NCBI GenBank assembly: GCA_963658165.1
Contig: CAVKQP010000001.1
Span: 1 to 41,546 of the forward strand
DNA length: 41,546 nt
Direction of reading: 5' to 3'
Origin: Clostridium sp. CAG:302
GTDB lineage: Bacteria; Bacteroidota; Bacteroidia; Bacteroidales; Bacteroidaceae
Within the stretch, counting starts at the first letter, position 1; each line of letters begins with the position of its first letter. The notes beneath the pieces were generated by a model that did no database searches, was not told the DNA's origin, and was given only the letters and a program-made list of their open reading frames with translations. A program made the position numbers and the translations under genes. This document shows positions 1-8,800 of the stretch, one piece after another.

Positions 1-55
1 CGTCTTGCAGGTTCATGTTCATTTTCCAGTTGCCTGCTACAATTTTCTTTCTCAT
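1..55 (-). CDS. tpiA: N-terminus of triosephosphate isomerase (partial; same frame as the upstream membrane protein)
   Basis: ATG at 55 begins MRKKIVAGNWKMNMNLQD, the characteristic TIM N-terminal AGNWKMN motif. Only 18 codons are visible. Confidence 0.85.
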   Translation of the reverse strand, partial: MRKKIVAGNWKMNMNLQD

Positions 56-1354
56 GTGTCTTTTCTTTTTAAAGAAGTTGATATATTTGTTAGAATTCTC
101 TTTCTTTTTCAGCCACTTAGTCCATGCCCACAGTCGGTCTGCAAGGGTTAGCAAGAACAAGGGGAGGATGAACCAGATGACGATAATGGCAATTTTCCGA
201 GGCATGGAGTCTTCGGGCATTTGCCCGATAGCGGTGTCTTCAAGGTTGCCTCTCAGGTCTTCTTCAGTTGGCAGTAGGTTGTGGCTCCATTTTCGAACAA
301 TCGTTCCGTTCTTCAGCAACAGCAGTCCGGGATTGCTGCGGATGATGGTCTTCAGGGTAGTCTCGTCACTGAGGACAAACTCATACTCTGCTCCTGTGAT
401 GTCGCGCCAATGTTCTATGGCTTTCTCCGTACTGGCTGTGAGGCAATAGAAGTGGTAGTGGTGTTCTTGACTATACTCATAGATGCGGTCGATGTCGCCG
501 AAATGGGTGTCATCGGCGGTGTCGAGGCGGGGAGCAATGAGCAGGAATGTGTAGGACGAGTCACTGAGTATGCAGTCGGTGAGATTCTCTCCGCTTGTGG
601 TTTCTATGCTGAAATCGTGGATGGGCGGCTCGTAGCCCGCTTCGGTTTGTATGGTTTTACTGTCCACAAAAGTCCAAGTAGAGTCGGGGTAGTTGTCGAG
701 TGTAAACTCCTTTTTCACCCCATTCTTGCTCATGATGAAGGTGGTTTCAAACTTCGGTTGCTTCGCCCCAGGGGGGATTTCCATGCTCTTCTTGATGTTC
801 GTACCGATATGATAGGGACGGAAATCGAACAACGGAAGGTCGTAGAGACACCATGTGCTGACTGCTAAGATGAAGATAGCTGTATAGTTAGTCACTATCC
901 ACTGATTGGTTTTCGATATGAATCGGAATGTCTTTCGGGGCCATAGGGCTACAATGGCAGCACAGATGGTGAGTACGATGTTCTTGATGAGGGTGGCAGA
1001 ATTGCTCAGTTTGAGCGCATCGCCGAAGCATCCGCAGTCTTTCACAGGGTTGGCCACGGCTATCCACACGGTGATAATCGTCATTACACCCATAAAGAGG
1101 AGTATGAGTCGCGATATCATTCGACGTTGTATAGCGAATAGCATCATTACGCCCAACCAGAATTCTGCAGATGCCAACAATACGGCACACGCCAACAAAA
1201 ATCCGTCGGGGAAGGTGCCTTGCAGTCCTATCGCCGCAGCGTAGTCTTGCAGTTTGTAGAGCGTTCCCAGCGGATCAACGGCCTTGACAAAACCAGAAAA
1301 GATGAATGTGGCTGCCAAGACTATTCTGCAGATGTTGGTCAGGATCGTTTTCAC
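1..1354 (-). CDS. MauE/DoxX-like membrane protein (BT_3928-like), continuing in frame into triosephosphate isomerase; runs off the left edge
   Basis: Manual translation from GTG 1354 gives (M)KTILTNICRIVLAATFIFSGFVKAVDPLG...NPVKDCGCFGDALKL...LPLFDFRPYHIG...LKTIIRSNPGLLLLKNGTIVRKW...WFILPLFLLTLADRLWAWTKWLKKK. It has several hydrophobic segments and a CGCFG motif. There is no stop codon down to position 1, which is why the ORF track omits it. Confidence 0.85.
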   Translation of the reverse strand, partial: MKTILTNICRIVLAATFIFSGFVKAVDPLGTLYKLQDYAAAIGLQGTFPDGFLLACAVLLASAEFWLGVMMLFAIQRRMISRLILLFMGVMTIITVWIAVANPVKDCGCFGDALKLSNSATLIKNIVLTICAAIVALWPRKTFRFISKTNQWIVTNYTAIFILAVSTWCLYDLPLFDFRPYHIGTNIKKSMEIPPGAKQPKFETTFIMSKNGVKKEFTLDNYPDSTWTFVDSKTIQTEAGYEPPIHDFSIETTSGENLTDCILSDSSYTFLLIAPRLDTADDTHFGDIDRIYEYSQEHHYHFYCLTASTEKAIEHWRDITGAEYEFVLSDETTLKTIIRSNPGLLLLKNGTIVRKWSHNLLPTEEDLRGNLEDTAIGQMPEDSMPRKIAIIVIWFILPLFLLTLADRLWAWTKWLKKKENSNKYINFFKKKRHMRKKIVAGNWKMNMNLQD

Positions 1355-1364
1355 GTGGTGGTTG

Positions 1365-1919
1365 TTATTCTTCCGTATCCTTCATCTTGATGGCTCCGAA
1401 TACGGCATAGTTGATGATGTCGAGATAGTTGGAAGCAATACCTTCCGATACGAGGGTTTGTCCGTCGATGGCTTCTATCTCTTTAACGCGTTGAATCTTG
1501 GTAAGGATAAAATCGGTATAGCTGCTTACGCGCATGTCGCGCCAAGCTTCATTGTAGTCGTGGTTCTTCTTTACCATCAGTTCGAGCGCTTCCTTGGCGT
1601 GCTGATCGTACAGCTCGAGGGCTGTTTCGGTGTCGATGTCTACAGCATCTGAGAAACCTTTCTCCAGTTGTATGAGTCCGATGATGCCATAGTTGATGAT
1701 GGCGATAAATTCAGGACGTATGCCTTCGCCGACCAGTGAAACTCCGGAAATCTCTAGTGAACGGATGCGTTTCGCCTTGATGAAGAGTTGATCGGTGAGG
1801 GAAGAAGGACGCAATATCCGCCACGAAGCACTATAATCGTGCAACTTCTTTTCAAACAAGGCGCGGCATTCTTGCATCGTTTCCTTGAATTGCAGTTCTG
1901 TTTGGTTATGACTACACAT
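1365..1919 (-). CDS. DUF1599 (nucleotide-modification-associated domain) protein
   Basis: Two internal repeats, KKLHDYSASWR...DQLFIKAKR...INYG and KKNHDYNEAWR...DFILTKIQR...INYA. Start moved to ATG 1919 because the TTG at 1937 lies inside the -7 promoter box. Confidence 0.85.
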   Translation of the reverse strand: MCSHNQTELQFKETMQECRALFEKKLHDYSASWRILRPSSLTDQLFIKAKRIRSLEISGVSLVGEGIRPEFIAIINYGIIGLIQLEKGFSDAVDIDTETALELYDQHAKEALELMVKKNHDYNEAWRDMRVSSYTDFILTKIQRVKEIEAIDGQTLVSEGIASNYLDIINYAVFGAIKMKDTEE

Positions 1920-1934
1920 ATCTTGTTTTGTCTG

Positions 1935-1966
1935 CAAAATTACCTCTTTTTATTTATATAAACAAA
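1935..1966 (-). promoter_or_regulatory. Bacteroidota sigma-A promoter (-33 TTTG, -7 TAATTTTG) for the DUF1599/membrane protein/tpiA unit
   Basis: Minus strand reads TTTG-N20-TAATTTTG, matching the TTTG/TAnnTTTG consensus and spacing. Confidence 0.75.
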
Positions 1967-1980
1967 AATACGACTGGTTT

Positions 1981-2445
1981 TCAGTCTTCTGCTTGCTTCT
2001 TGTGGATGAACTTGACGCGCGCCACTTCGGCATCAAATCGTGCCTTGACCGAGTCGAGTTTAATTTTCATTGTTGTCACCCCGCTCAGTTCCTCAGCTGT
2101 AGCAATTCCCTTGTTTTTCTTGGCCTCCACTTCGGCTTTTCGCTTTTCATAGTCGGCGGTCATCGTCAACAGAGCAGAGTCTGCCTTCTCTAAGTTGCGC
2201 TGTGCCATTTTTAGTGCTGCCTCTTGATACACTTTCAGTGCTTCCTTGCGCAGTTCTATCTCTTTCGGATACTTCTTGCGTAGCGAATCGATGCTACTGA
2301 TGGCTTCTTGGTATTGTCCGGTTGTATATTTCTGATGAATCTTGTCCATCAGAGCCTGCGCGTCTTTGTGCGAGTTGTCGCATCCGCACAGTACGACTGC
2401 GAGTGCCGCCACGGAGTAGCCTATCGTTTTCTTGAGTCTGTTCAT
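1981..2445 (-). CDS. Hypothetical helical lipoprotein (154 aa)
   Basis: ATG 2445 begins MNRLKKTIGYSVAALAVVLCGC (basic N-region, hydrophobic stretch, lipobox Cys), followed by Lys/Glu/Ala-rich helical sequence. Confidence 0.75.
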   Translation of the reverse strand: MNRLKKTIGYSVAALAVVLCGCDNSHKDAQALMDKIHQKYTTGQYQEAISSIDSLRKKYPKEIELRKEALKVYQEAALKMAQRNLEKADSALLTMTADYEKRKAEVEAKKNKGIATAEELSGVTTMKIKLDSVKARFDAEVARVKFIHKKQAED

Positions 2446-2469
2446 GTAAAAGAAATGTTTTGTTTCGTG

Positions 2470-2477
2470 CAAAAATA
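2470..2477 (-). promoter_or_regulatory. -7 promoter box TATTTTTG for the lipoprotein gene
   Basis: TAnnTTTG match about 25 nt upstream of ATG 2445. Confidence 0.55.
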
Positions 2478-2563
2478 GCAGAAAAGAATGAAAAGAGCAA
2501 ACCTGCCACCGAATATTTCCAACCAAGCAGCCTAATATGGCGAGTTGTACTCCATTAAAAAAT

Positions 2564-2641
2564 GCACTACGGTGCGATGCCCAACGTACTATGCTGCGAT
2601 GGCCAACGCACTATAGTGAAAGTGCCAACGCACCCTAGTGG
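2564..2641. repeat. Degenerate 22-bp tandem repeat, about 3.5 units
   Basis: GCACTACGGTGCGATGCCCAAC / GTACTATGCTGCGATGGCCAAC / GCACTATAGTGAAAGTGCCAAC / GCACCCTAGTGG at exact 22-nt period. Confidence 0.8.
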
Positions 2642-2743
2642 GTAAAAAGCGTCCTCTGCATGATGATGATCCTGTAGATTTGTATAACGAACTGAAGACA
2701 GCGTTAAAATAAGGAACCAATATCAACCTTTACAAATATTGTT

Positions 2744-2794
2744 ATGGATAAGATGTTATTCGAGCAGAATTTGATAGATACCCTGCATGGCTAG
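2744..2794 (+). CDS. Candidate 16-aa small protein MDKMLFEQNLIDTLHG
   Basis: Upstream TAGATTTG box (2675-2682), AT-rich leader, stops TAG-TAA-TAA and a downstream hairpin plus T-run. No homology evidence. Confidence 0.3.
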   Translation: MDKMLFEQNLIDTLHG

Positions 2795-2802
2795 TAATAA
2801 TT

Positions 2803-2825
2803 AATCCCTCATTGAGGGATTTTTA
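2803..2825 (+). terminator. Intrinsic terminator-like hairpin
   Basis: AATCCCTC-ATT-GAGGGATT followed by TTTT. Confidence 0.5.
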
Positions 2826-2894
2826 TATGTCAAGGAGAGTGCGCTTGGGGTGAAAAAATTAAGTAGGTTTATCAAAGCCTCCAAGAAAAATTCG

Positions 2895-2902
2895 TAACTT
2901 TG
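2895..2902 (+). promoter_or_regulatory. -7 promoter box TAACTTTG for cca
   Basis: TAnnTTTG match about 30 nt before ATG 2934. Confidence 0.65.
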
Positions 2903-2933
2903 CACTCTAATCTAAGGATGATATAAGAAGACA

Positions 2934-4358
2934 ATGAGATTTTATTCAGATGCCGAGTTGGCACAACTCCTCGATAAAGACATCTTTCACAAAATATCTG
3001 CTGCAGCCGACGGACTGGGCTTAGAATGCTATGTGGTGGGTGGCTATGTGCGTGACCTCTTTTTGGAACGCCCTTCGAATGACATTGATGTGGTCGTCGT
3101 GGGTAGTGGTATACAGGTCGCCAATGCATTGAAGCAGCAGTTGGGCAAGCGAGCTTATCTGTCTGTGTTCCGCAATTTCGGAACGGCGCAGGTGAAATAT
3201 AAGGAGATGGAAGTGGAATTTGTCGGCGCACGTAAGGAAAGTTATAACCGTGGTTCGCGAAAGCCTATCGTGGAAGATGGTACGTTGGAGGATGACCAAA
3301 ATCGGCGTGACTTTACCATTAATGCTATGGCCATCTGTCTGAATAAGGAACGTTTTGGAGAACTCGTTGACCCCTTTAATGGATTGGCAGACATGGAGGA
3401 TAAAATCATTTGTACACCTCTTGATCCCGATATTACCTTCAGCGACGACCCGTTGCGCATGATGCGTTGCGTGCGCTTTGCTACCCAACTGAATTTCCAA
3501 ATAGAAGATGAAACCTTTGATGCCCTTGGACGCAATGTGGATCGTATTAAGATTATCAGTGGAGAGCGCATTGTGGATGAGTTGAACAAAATCATGATGA
3601 CGGCGCAACCTAGTAGGGGCTTCGTAGATTTATATCGTTGTGGTCTACTTTCGCTCATCATTCCCGAACTTACGGCTCTCGATGTTGTAGAGACGCGTAA
3701 CGGAAGGGCACACAAAAACAATTTCTATCACACGCTTGAAGTGCTTGACAATGTGGCACGACAGTCGGACAACTTGTGGCTTCGTTGGGCAGCATTGTTC
3801 CACGATGTAGGCAAACCGCGCAGCAAACGCTGGGATAACCAGATGGGGTGGACGTTTCATAACCACAACTATCTAGGTGCTAAGATGATTCCCGGAATCT
3901 TCCGTCGGATGAAGTTGCCCATGGATGTCAAGATGAAGTATGTGCAAAAGATGGTCGACTTGCATATGCGTCCCATTGTTATCGCAGACGAAGAAGTGAC
4001 CGATAGTGCCGTGCGGAGGTTGATGAACGATGCCGGCGACGACATAGACGACCTGATGACACTATGTGAGGCCGATATTACGAGCAAAAACATGGTGCGC
4101 AAACAACGTTTCCTAGAGAATTTTCGTATCGTAAGGGAAAAACTGGCAGACTTGAAAGAGAAAGACTATAAGCGCCTGCTACAACCTTGCATCGATGGAA
4201 ATGAGATCATGGAAATGTTTCACCTACCCCCTTGCCGTGAGGTGGGAACATTGAAGCAAACGCTCAAGGATGCAGTGCTTGACAATCGGGTGGCAAACGA
4301 ACGAGAGCCCCTAATGCAACTCCTCATGGAAAAGGCACGGCAGATGGGTTTGGCGTAA
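2934..4358 (+). CDS. cca: CCA tRNA nucleotidyltransferase with HD domain
   Basis: VVGGYVRD, DIDVVV (DxD), RRDFTINAMA, FSDDPLRMMR and LFHDVGKP motifs of class II nucleotidyltransferases. Confidence 0.9.
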   Translation: MRFYSDAELAQLLDKDIFHKISAAADGLGLECYVVGGYVRDLFLERPSNDIDVVVVGSGIQVANALKQQLGKRAYLSVFRNFGTAQVKYKEMEVEFVGARKESYNRGSRKPIVEDGTLEDDQNRRDFTINAMAICLNKERFGELVDPFNGLADMEDKIICTPLDPDITFSDDPLRMMRCVRFATQLNFQIEDETFDALGRNVDRIKIISGERIVDELNKIMMTAQPSRGFVDLYRCGLLSLIIPELTALDVVETRNGRAHKNNFYHTLEVLDNVARQSDNLWLRWAALFHDVGKPRSKRWDNQMGWTFHNHNYLGAKMIPGIFRRMKLPMDVKMKYVQKMVDLHMRPIVIADEEVTDSAVRRLMNDAGDDIDDLMTLCEADITSKNMVRKQRFLENFRIVREKLADLKEKDYKRLLQPCIDGNEIMEMFHLPPCREVGTLKQTLKDAVLDNRVANEREPLMQLLMEKARQMGLA

Positions 4359-4403
4359 AGGTGAAAAGTTGATAAAAGAATGTTTCCTTAAGGGTAAATA
4401 GTG

Positions 4404-4441
4404 TTAAATGTGTAACTTGGTTCTCCGAGTTACACATTTAA
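4404..4441. promoter_or_regulatory. Perfect 14-bp inverted repeat abutting the efflux-operon promoter (operator and/or cca terminator)
   Basis: TTAAATGTGTAACT-N10-AGTTACACATTTAA, ending just before TACCTTTG. Confidence 0.6.
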
Positions 4442-4445
4442 TATA

Positions 4446-4453
4446 TACCTTTG
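4446..4453 (+). promoter_or_regulatory. -7 promoter box TACCTTTG for the RND operon
   Basis: TAnnTTTG match about 130 nt upstream of ATG 4583. Confidence 0.65.
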
Positions 4454-4582
4454 CACACCGAAAACTGAACGTAGTGTTTGAGTTTTCAGGGTAGTCTTTC
4501 CTCCCTTAGAGAAGTGATGACAAGGGAAGATATTGTTTTGAATAGAGAAATCATATAAAGAATTATACATTATATAGTAGGT

Positions 4583-5785
4583 ATGACAAAGAATAAAATT
4601 TTATTGTTTGCGGCAATGGCTGCAATGCTTGTCTCTTGTGGAGACAAGAAGTCGTCAGGAAAACCTGACTTTGGTGACAACGAGTATGCTGTGAGAACCG
4701 TTGCAGCGCAAAGTGCCAACATCGAAAGCACGTACCCAGCTACCATTAAGGGTGTTCAGGATGTGGAAATCAGGCCGAAAATTTCTGGTTTCATCACCAA
4801 ACTTTGTGTGAAAGAAGGTCAGGCAGTAAAGGCTGGACAACTTCTTTTTGTAATCGACAACGTGACCTACGCTGCCGCTGTACGTCAGGCTTCGGCTGCT
4901 GTGAATTCTGCCAAGGCGCAACTCAACACGGCACGCTTGACTTATAACAATAACTTGAAACTTTTTAAGAACAATGTGATTGGTTCTTACGAACTTCAAT
5001 CTGCCAAGAATTCTATGGAAGCTGCTGCTGCTGCCCTTGCACAGGCAGAAGCAACCTACGTGTCAGCTAAACAGAACTTGGATTTCTGCTATGTGACCAG
5101 TCCCGCTTCAGGTGTGATTGGAAATCTTCCTTATCGTGTGGGTGCTCTCGTGAGTGCATCCAGCCAAGAGCCTCTCACCACTGTATCTAATATCAGCACC
5201 ATGCAGGTATACTTCTCTATGACAGAGAAAGACTTGCTCGAAATGACCAAGACAGCTGGTGGCATTCACGCTGCTATCAAGGATTATCCTGCTGTACAAC
5301 TGCAACTTGCTGATGGTACCATCTATGAGCACCCAGGACATGTGGCTACCGTGAGCGGTGTCATCGACCCCACAACAGGTTCTGTATCGATGCGTGCCGA
5401 CTTCCCGAATCCATCACATCTGCTCAAGAGTGGCGGCTCAGGCTCTATCGTTGTGCCCCATCACAGCAACACCGCTATCGTGATACCTCAAGATGCTGTA
5501 TCACAGGTGCAAGACAAACACTTCGTTTATGTTGTAGGCAAGGATAACAAGGTGAAATACACAGCTGTAACCATAGACCCGAAGGATGATGGCAAGAACT
5601 ATATCATCACCAGTGGACTGAACATTGGCGACCGCTTTGTGGTAAACGGCATTTCTTCGCTTTCTGACGGAATGGAAATCAAACCTATCACAGAAGCACA
5701 ATATCAAGAAAAGTTGAAGAAGACTGAAGCCATGGGTGCAGATCAGAGCGATTTGCAGAAACTCAAGAAAGACTTTGGCAAGTAA
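4583..5785 (+). CDS. RND efflux periplasmic adaptor (MFP, AcrA/MexA-like lipoprotein)
   Basis: Lipobox LVSC, VEIRPKISG...VKEGQAVKAGQLLFVID, helical hairpin, VTSPASGVIG and IDPTTGSV. Confidence 0.93.
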   Translation: MTKNKILLFAAMAAMLVSCGDKKSSGKPDFGDNEYAVRTVAAQSANIESTYPATIKGVQDVEIRPKISGFITKLCVKEGQAVKAGQLLFVIDNVTYAAAVRQASAAVNSAKAQLNTARLTYNNNLKLFKNNVIGSYELQSAKNSMEAAAAALAQAEATYVSAKQNLDFCYVTSPASGVIGNLPYRVGALVSASSQEPLTTVSNISTMQVYFSMTEKDLLEMTKTAGGIHAAIKDYPAVQLQLADGTIYEHPGHVATVSGVIDPTTGSVSMRADFPNPSHLLKSGGSGSIVVPHHSNTAIVIPQDAVSQVQDKHFVYVVGKDNKVKYTAVTIDPKDDGKNYIITSGLNIGDRFVVNGISSLSDGMEIKPITEAQYQEKLKKTEAMGADQSDLQKLKKDFGK

Positions 5786-5816
5786 TTGTGAAGGAAACAA
5801 CTAAAGAGATTAATCC

Positions 5817-8800
5817 ATGAAATTAGATAACTTTATCAAGCGTCCGGTACTCTCGACGGTGATTTCAATCTTGATTGTCATCCTCGGTGTAATCGGACTC
5901 ATATCACTGCCTATTGAGCAGTACCCGAACATCGCTCCTCCTACCATCATGGTGCGTGCATCTTATACGGGTGCCAACGCTGAGACAGTGCTTAACTCCG
6001 TGCTTGCCCCTCTTGAGGAGCAAATCAATGGTGTGGAGGGCATGACCTATATGACCTCTTCTGCCACCAATGACGGTTCGGCTTCTATTTCCGTGTTCTT
6101 CAAGCAAGGTATGGATGCCGACATGTGTCAGGTGAACGTGCAGAACCGCGTGTCGCAAGCTTCAGCTTTGTTGCCTGCCGAGGTAACAAAGGCTGGTGTG
6201 ACCGTGATGAAACGTCAGTCGTCTACAGTGATCCTCTTCGGTCTTACCGCTGATGACGACCGCTACGACGATGAATTCCTTGCCAACTATGCCAACATCA
6301 ATGTGGTGCCAGCCATCAAGCGTGTGAGCGGTGTGGGTGAGTGTCAGTGCTTCTCACAGAAAGACTACACCATGCGCTTGTGGATCGACCCCGTGAAAAT
6401 GAAGAACTATGGTCTTATTCCAAGCGACTTGACCAGTGTGCTCTCTCAGCAGAACATCGAAGCCGCTCCAGGTTCGGTGGGTGAGCAGAGCGACAACCAG
6501 TATCAATACACTTTCCGCTATAAGGGCCGTTTGAAGACTCCTGAGGAATTTGGTAACATGATTATCAAGTCTACTCAGGATGGTCAGACCATTCGTGTGA
6601 AAGACGTAGCCAAGGTGGAAATGGGCGCGTTGTCCTACAACGTAGACTCTAAGAACAACGGCAAGGCATCTGTCACGATGATGGTGACACAGACTGCAGG
6701 TTCTAACGCTACGGAAATTGCTACCAATATCAAGAAACTTCTTGCGGAGCAGGAAGCTTCTATGCCTCCTGGCTTGCACTTCGACGTGATGCAGGATGTG
6801 ACAGAGTTCCTCTTCGCTTCTATCGAAGACTTGGTGAAGACACTCGTTGAGGCATTTATCCTCGTGTTCATCGTGGTATACATCTTCTTGCAGGATACAC
6901 GTTCTACACTGATTCCGTTGATTGCCGTTCCAGTGTCGTTGATTGGTACGTTCTTCTTCCTCTATGTGTTTGGCTTCTCGCTCAACTTGCTGACCCTTGC
7001 CGCTCTTGTGCTTGCCATTGCCATTGTGGTCGACGATGCCATAGTGGTGGTCGAGGCTGTGCATGCCAAGCTCGACCTCGGCTACAAGTCGGCCCGCCAG
7101 GCGTCTATTGATGCCATGAATGAAATCTCGGGTGCTATCATCTCCATCACCCTTGTGATGGCTGCCGTGTTCGTGCCAGTGTCGTTCATGGGTGGAACAT
7201 CAGGTACGTTCTATCGTGAGTTTGGTATCACCATGGCTATCTCTATTGTGATCTCCGCTCTGAATGCCTTGACGCTGTCTCCAGCTCTTTGTGCCATCTT
7301 GCTGAAACCGAAGAATGAAGATGGTAGCGAGCGAAAGATGTCTATGATAGACCGTTTCCATGCTTCGTTCAATGCGGCTTATGGAAAGGTGCAGACCAAG
7401 TATGGTCATGGCGTTCGTCGCATTGTGGAGCGTCCAGTTATCGCTATCGCTGCGGTGATTGTCGGCATTGCCGCTATGGCATTGTTGATGGCGAATACAA
7501 AGACAGGTCTTGTGCCTGACGAAGATACCGGTACGGTGTTCTGTACGGTGTCTACCCCTCCAGGAACTTCTATGACGAAGACCAATGAGGTGATGGACCA
7601 AGTAGACCGTATGCTTGCCACCAACCCCGCTATCCAGAGTCGTATGCGTATCACGGGTTACAACTTCATTGCAGGTCAAGGATCTAACCAAGGTACGTTC
7701 ATTATCAAGCTCAAGTCGTTCGAGGAGCGTCAAGCTCAAGAAGGACCATTGAAATATATCGGTGTGCACAACCTTGGTTCAACGATGGTGCTCGGCATGA
7801 TCTACAAGCAGACCGCAGCCATCAAGGGCGCACAGATTTTGGCATTCCAGCCGCCTATGGTGCAAGGTTTCTCTGCCACCAACGGTTTGACCTTCTCTAT
7901 GCAAGACCGTACGGGTGGTGATGTGAACAAGTTCTATGAGGTGACTCAGAAGTTTATTGCAGAACTGAACAAACGTCCCGAAATCAGTAATGCCATGACT
8001 TCCTACAACTCCAAGTATCCTCAGTATAAGATAGATGTGGATGTAGCCAAGTGTAAGCAGAGCGGCATAGACCCCTCAACCGTGCTCACTACGATGCAAG
8101 GCTACTATGGAGGTATGTATGCTTCAAACTTCAACTCCTATGGTAAACTCTATCGTGTGTATATCCAGGCAGATCCGAAAGACCGTGCTGACTTGAAGAG
8201 TTTGAGCAACATCTATGTGCGCACCTCTTCGGGCGAGATGGCACCTATTCAGGAATATGTGAATCTCAGCCGAGTTTATGGTCCTCAGGAAATCGACCGT
8301 TTCAACCTTTTCACCTCAATTAATGTGAATGCTTCGGCTGCTGACGGCTATTCTACGGGTGATGCGTTGAAGGCTATGTCTGAAGTGGCAAAGACATCAC
8401 TGCCCACAGGCTTCACCTATGAGTTCTCTGGTTTGACAAGAACTGAGCAAGAGTCGAGCAACTCGACGGCACTCATCTTCATCCTCTGTCTGACATTCGT
8501 TTACTTGATTCTGTCGGCACAGTATGAAAGCTATGTTCTGCCGTTGTCAGTAATCCTCTCTATACCATTCGGTTTGGCAGGAGCCTTCCTGTTTACCAAT
8601 CTCTTTGGCAAGAACAACGACATCTATATGCAGATCGCTCTCATCATGTTGATGGGTTTGTTGGCAAAGAACGCTATTCTTATCGTGCAGTTCGCCCTCG
8701 AACGTCGCCGCACAGGTATGGCCATATCATGGTCTTCTGTTCTGGGTGCTACCGCTCGTCTGCGTCCTATCTTGATGACCTCATTGGCCATGATCATTGG

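Noticed and set aside
15..1652. Plus-strand ORFs 15-449, 281-868, 906-1244 and 1284-1652, and minus-strand ORF 888-1190
   Set aside because: They are shadows of the real minus-strand genes (1-1354 and 1365-1919) and carry no recognisable motifs.
1365..1919. Phage DNA-modification cluster implied by DUF1599
   Set aside because: No phage or base-modification genes are adjacent; the gene sits in a housekeeping unit with tpiA.
2564..2641. Possible CRISPR remnant or plasmid iterons
   Set aside because: There are no spacers, units are degenerate, no rep gene is present and the context is housekeeping chromosome. Kept only as a repeat.
2934..4358. Poly(A) polymerase or a defence-type nucleotidyltransferase
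   Set aside because: I do not see the poly(A) polymerase GRRF-type signature. The motif set plus HD domain fits an ordinary CCA-adding enzyme, and there are no defence neighbours.
4404..4441. Invertible (phase-variable) promoter
   Set aside because: The arms are only 10 bp apart, the -7 box lies outside them, and no recombinase is nearby.
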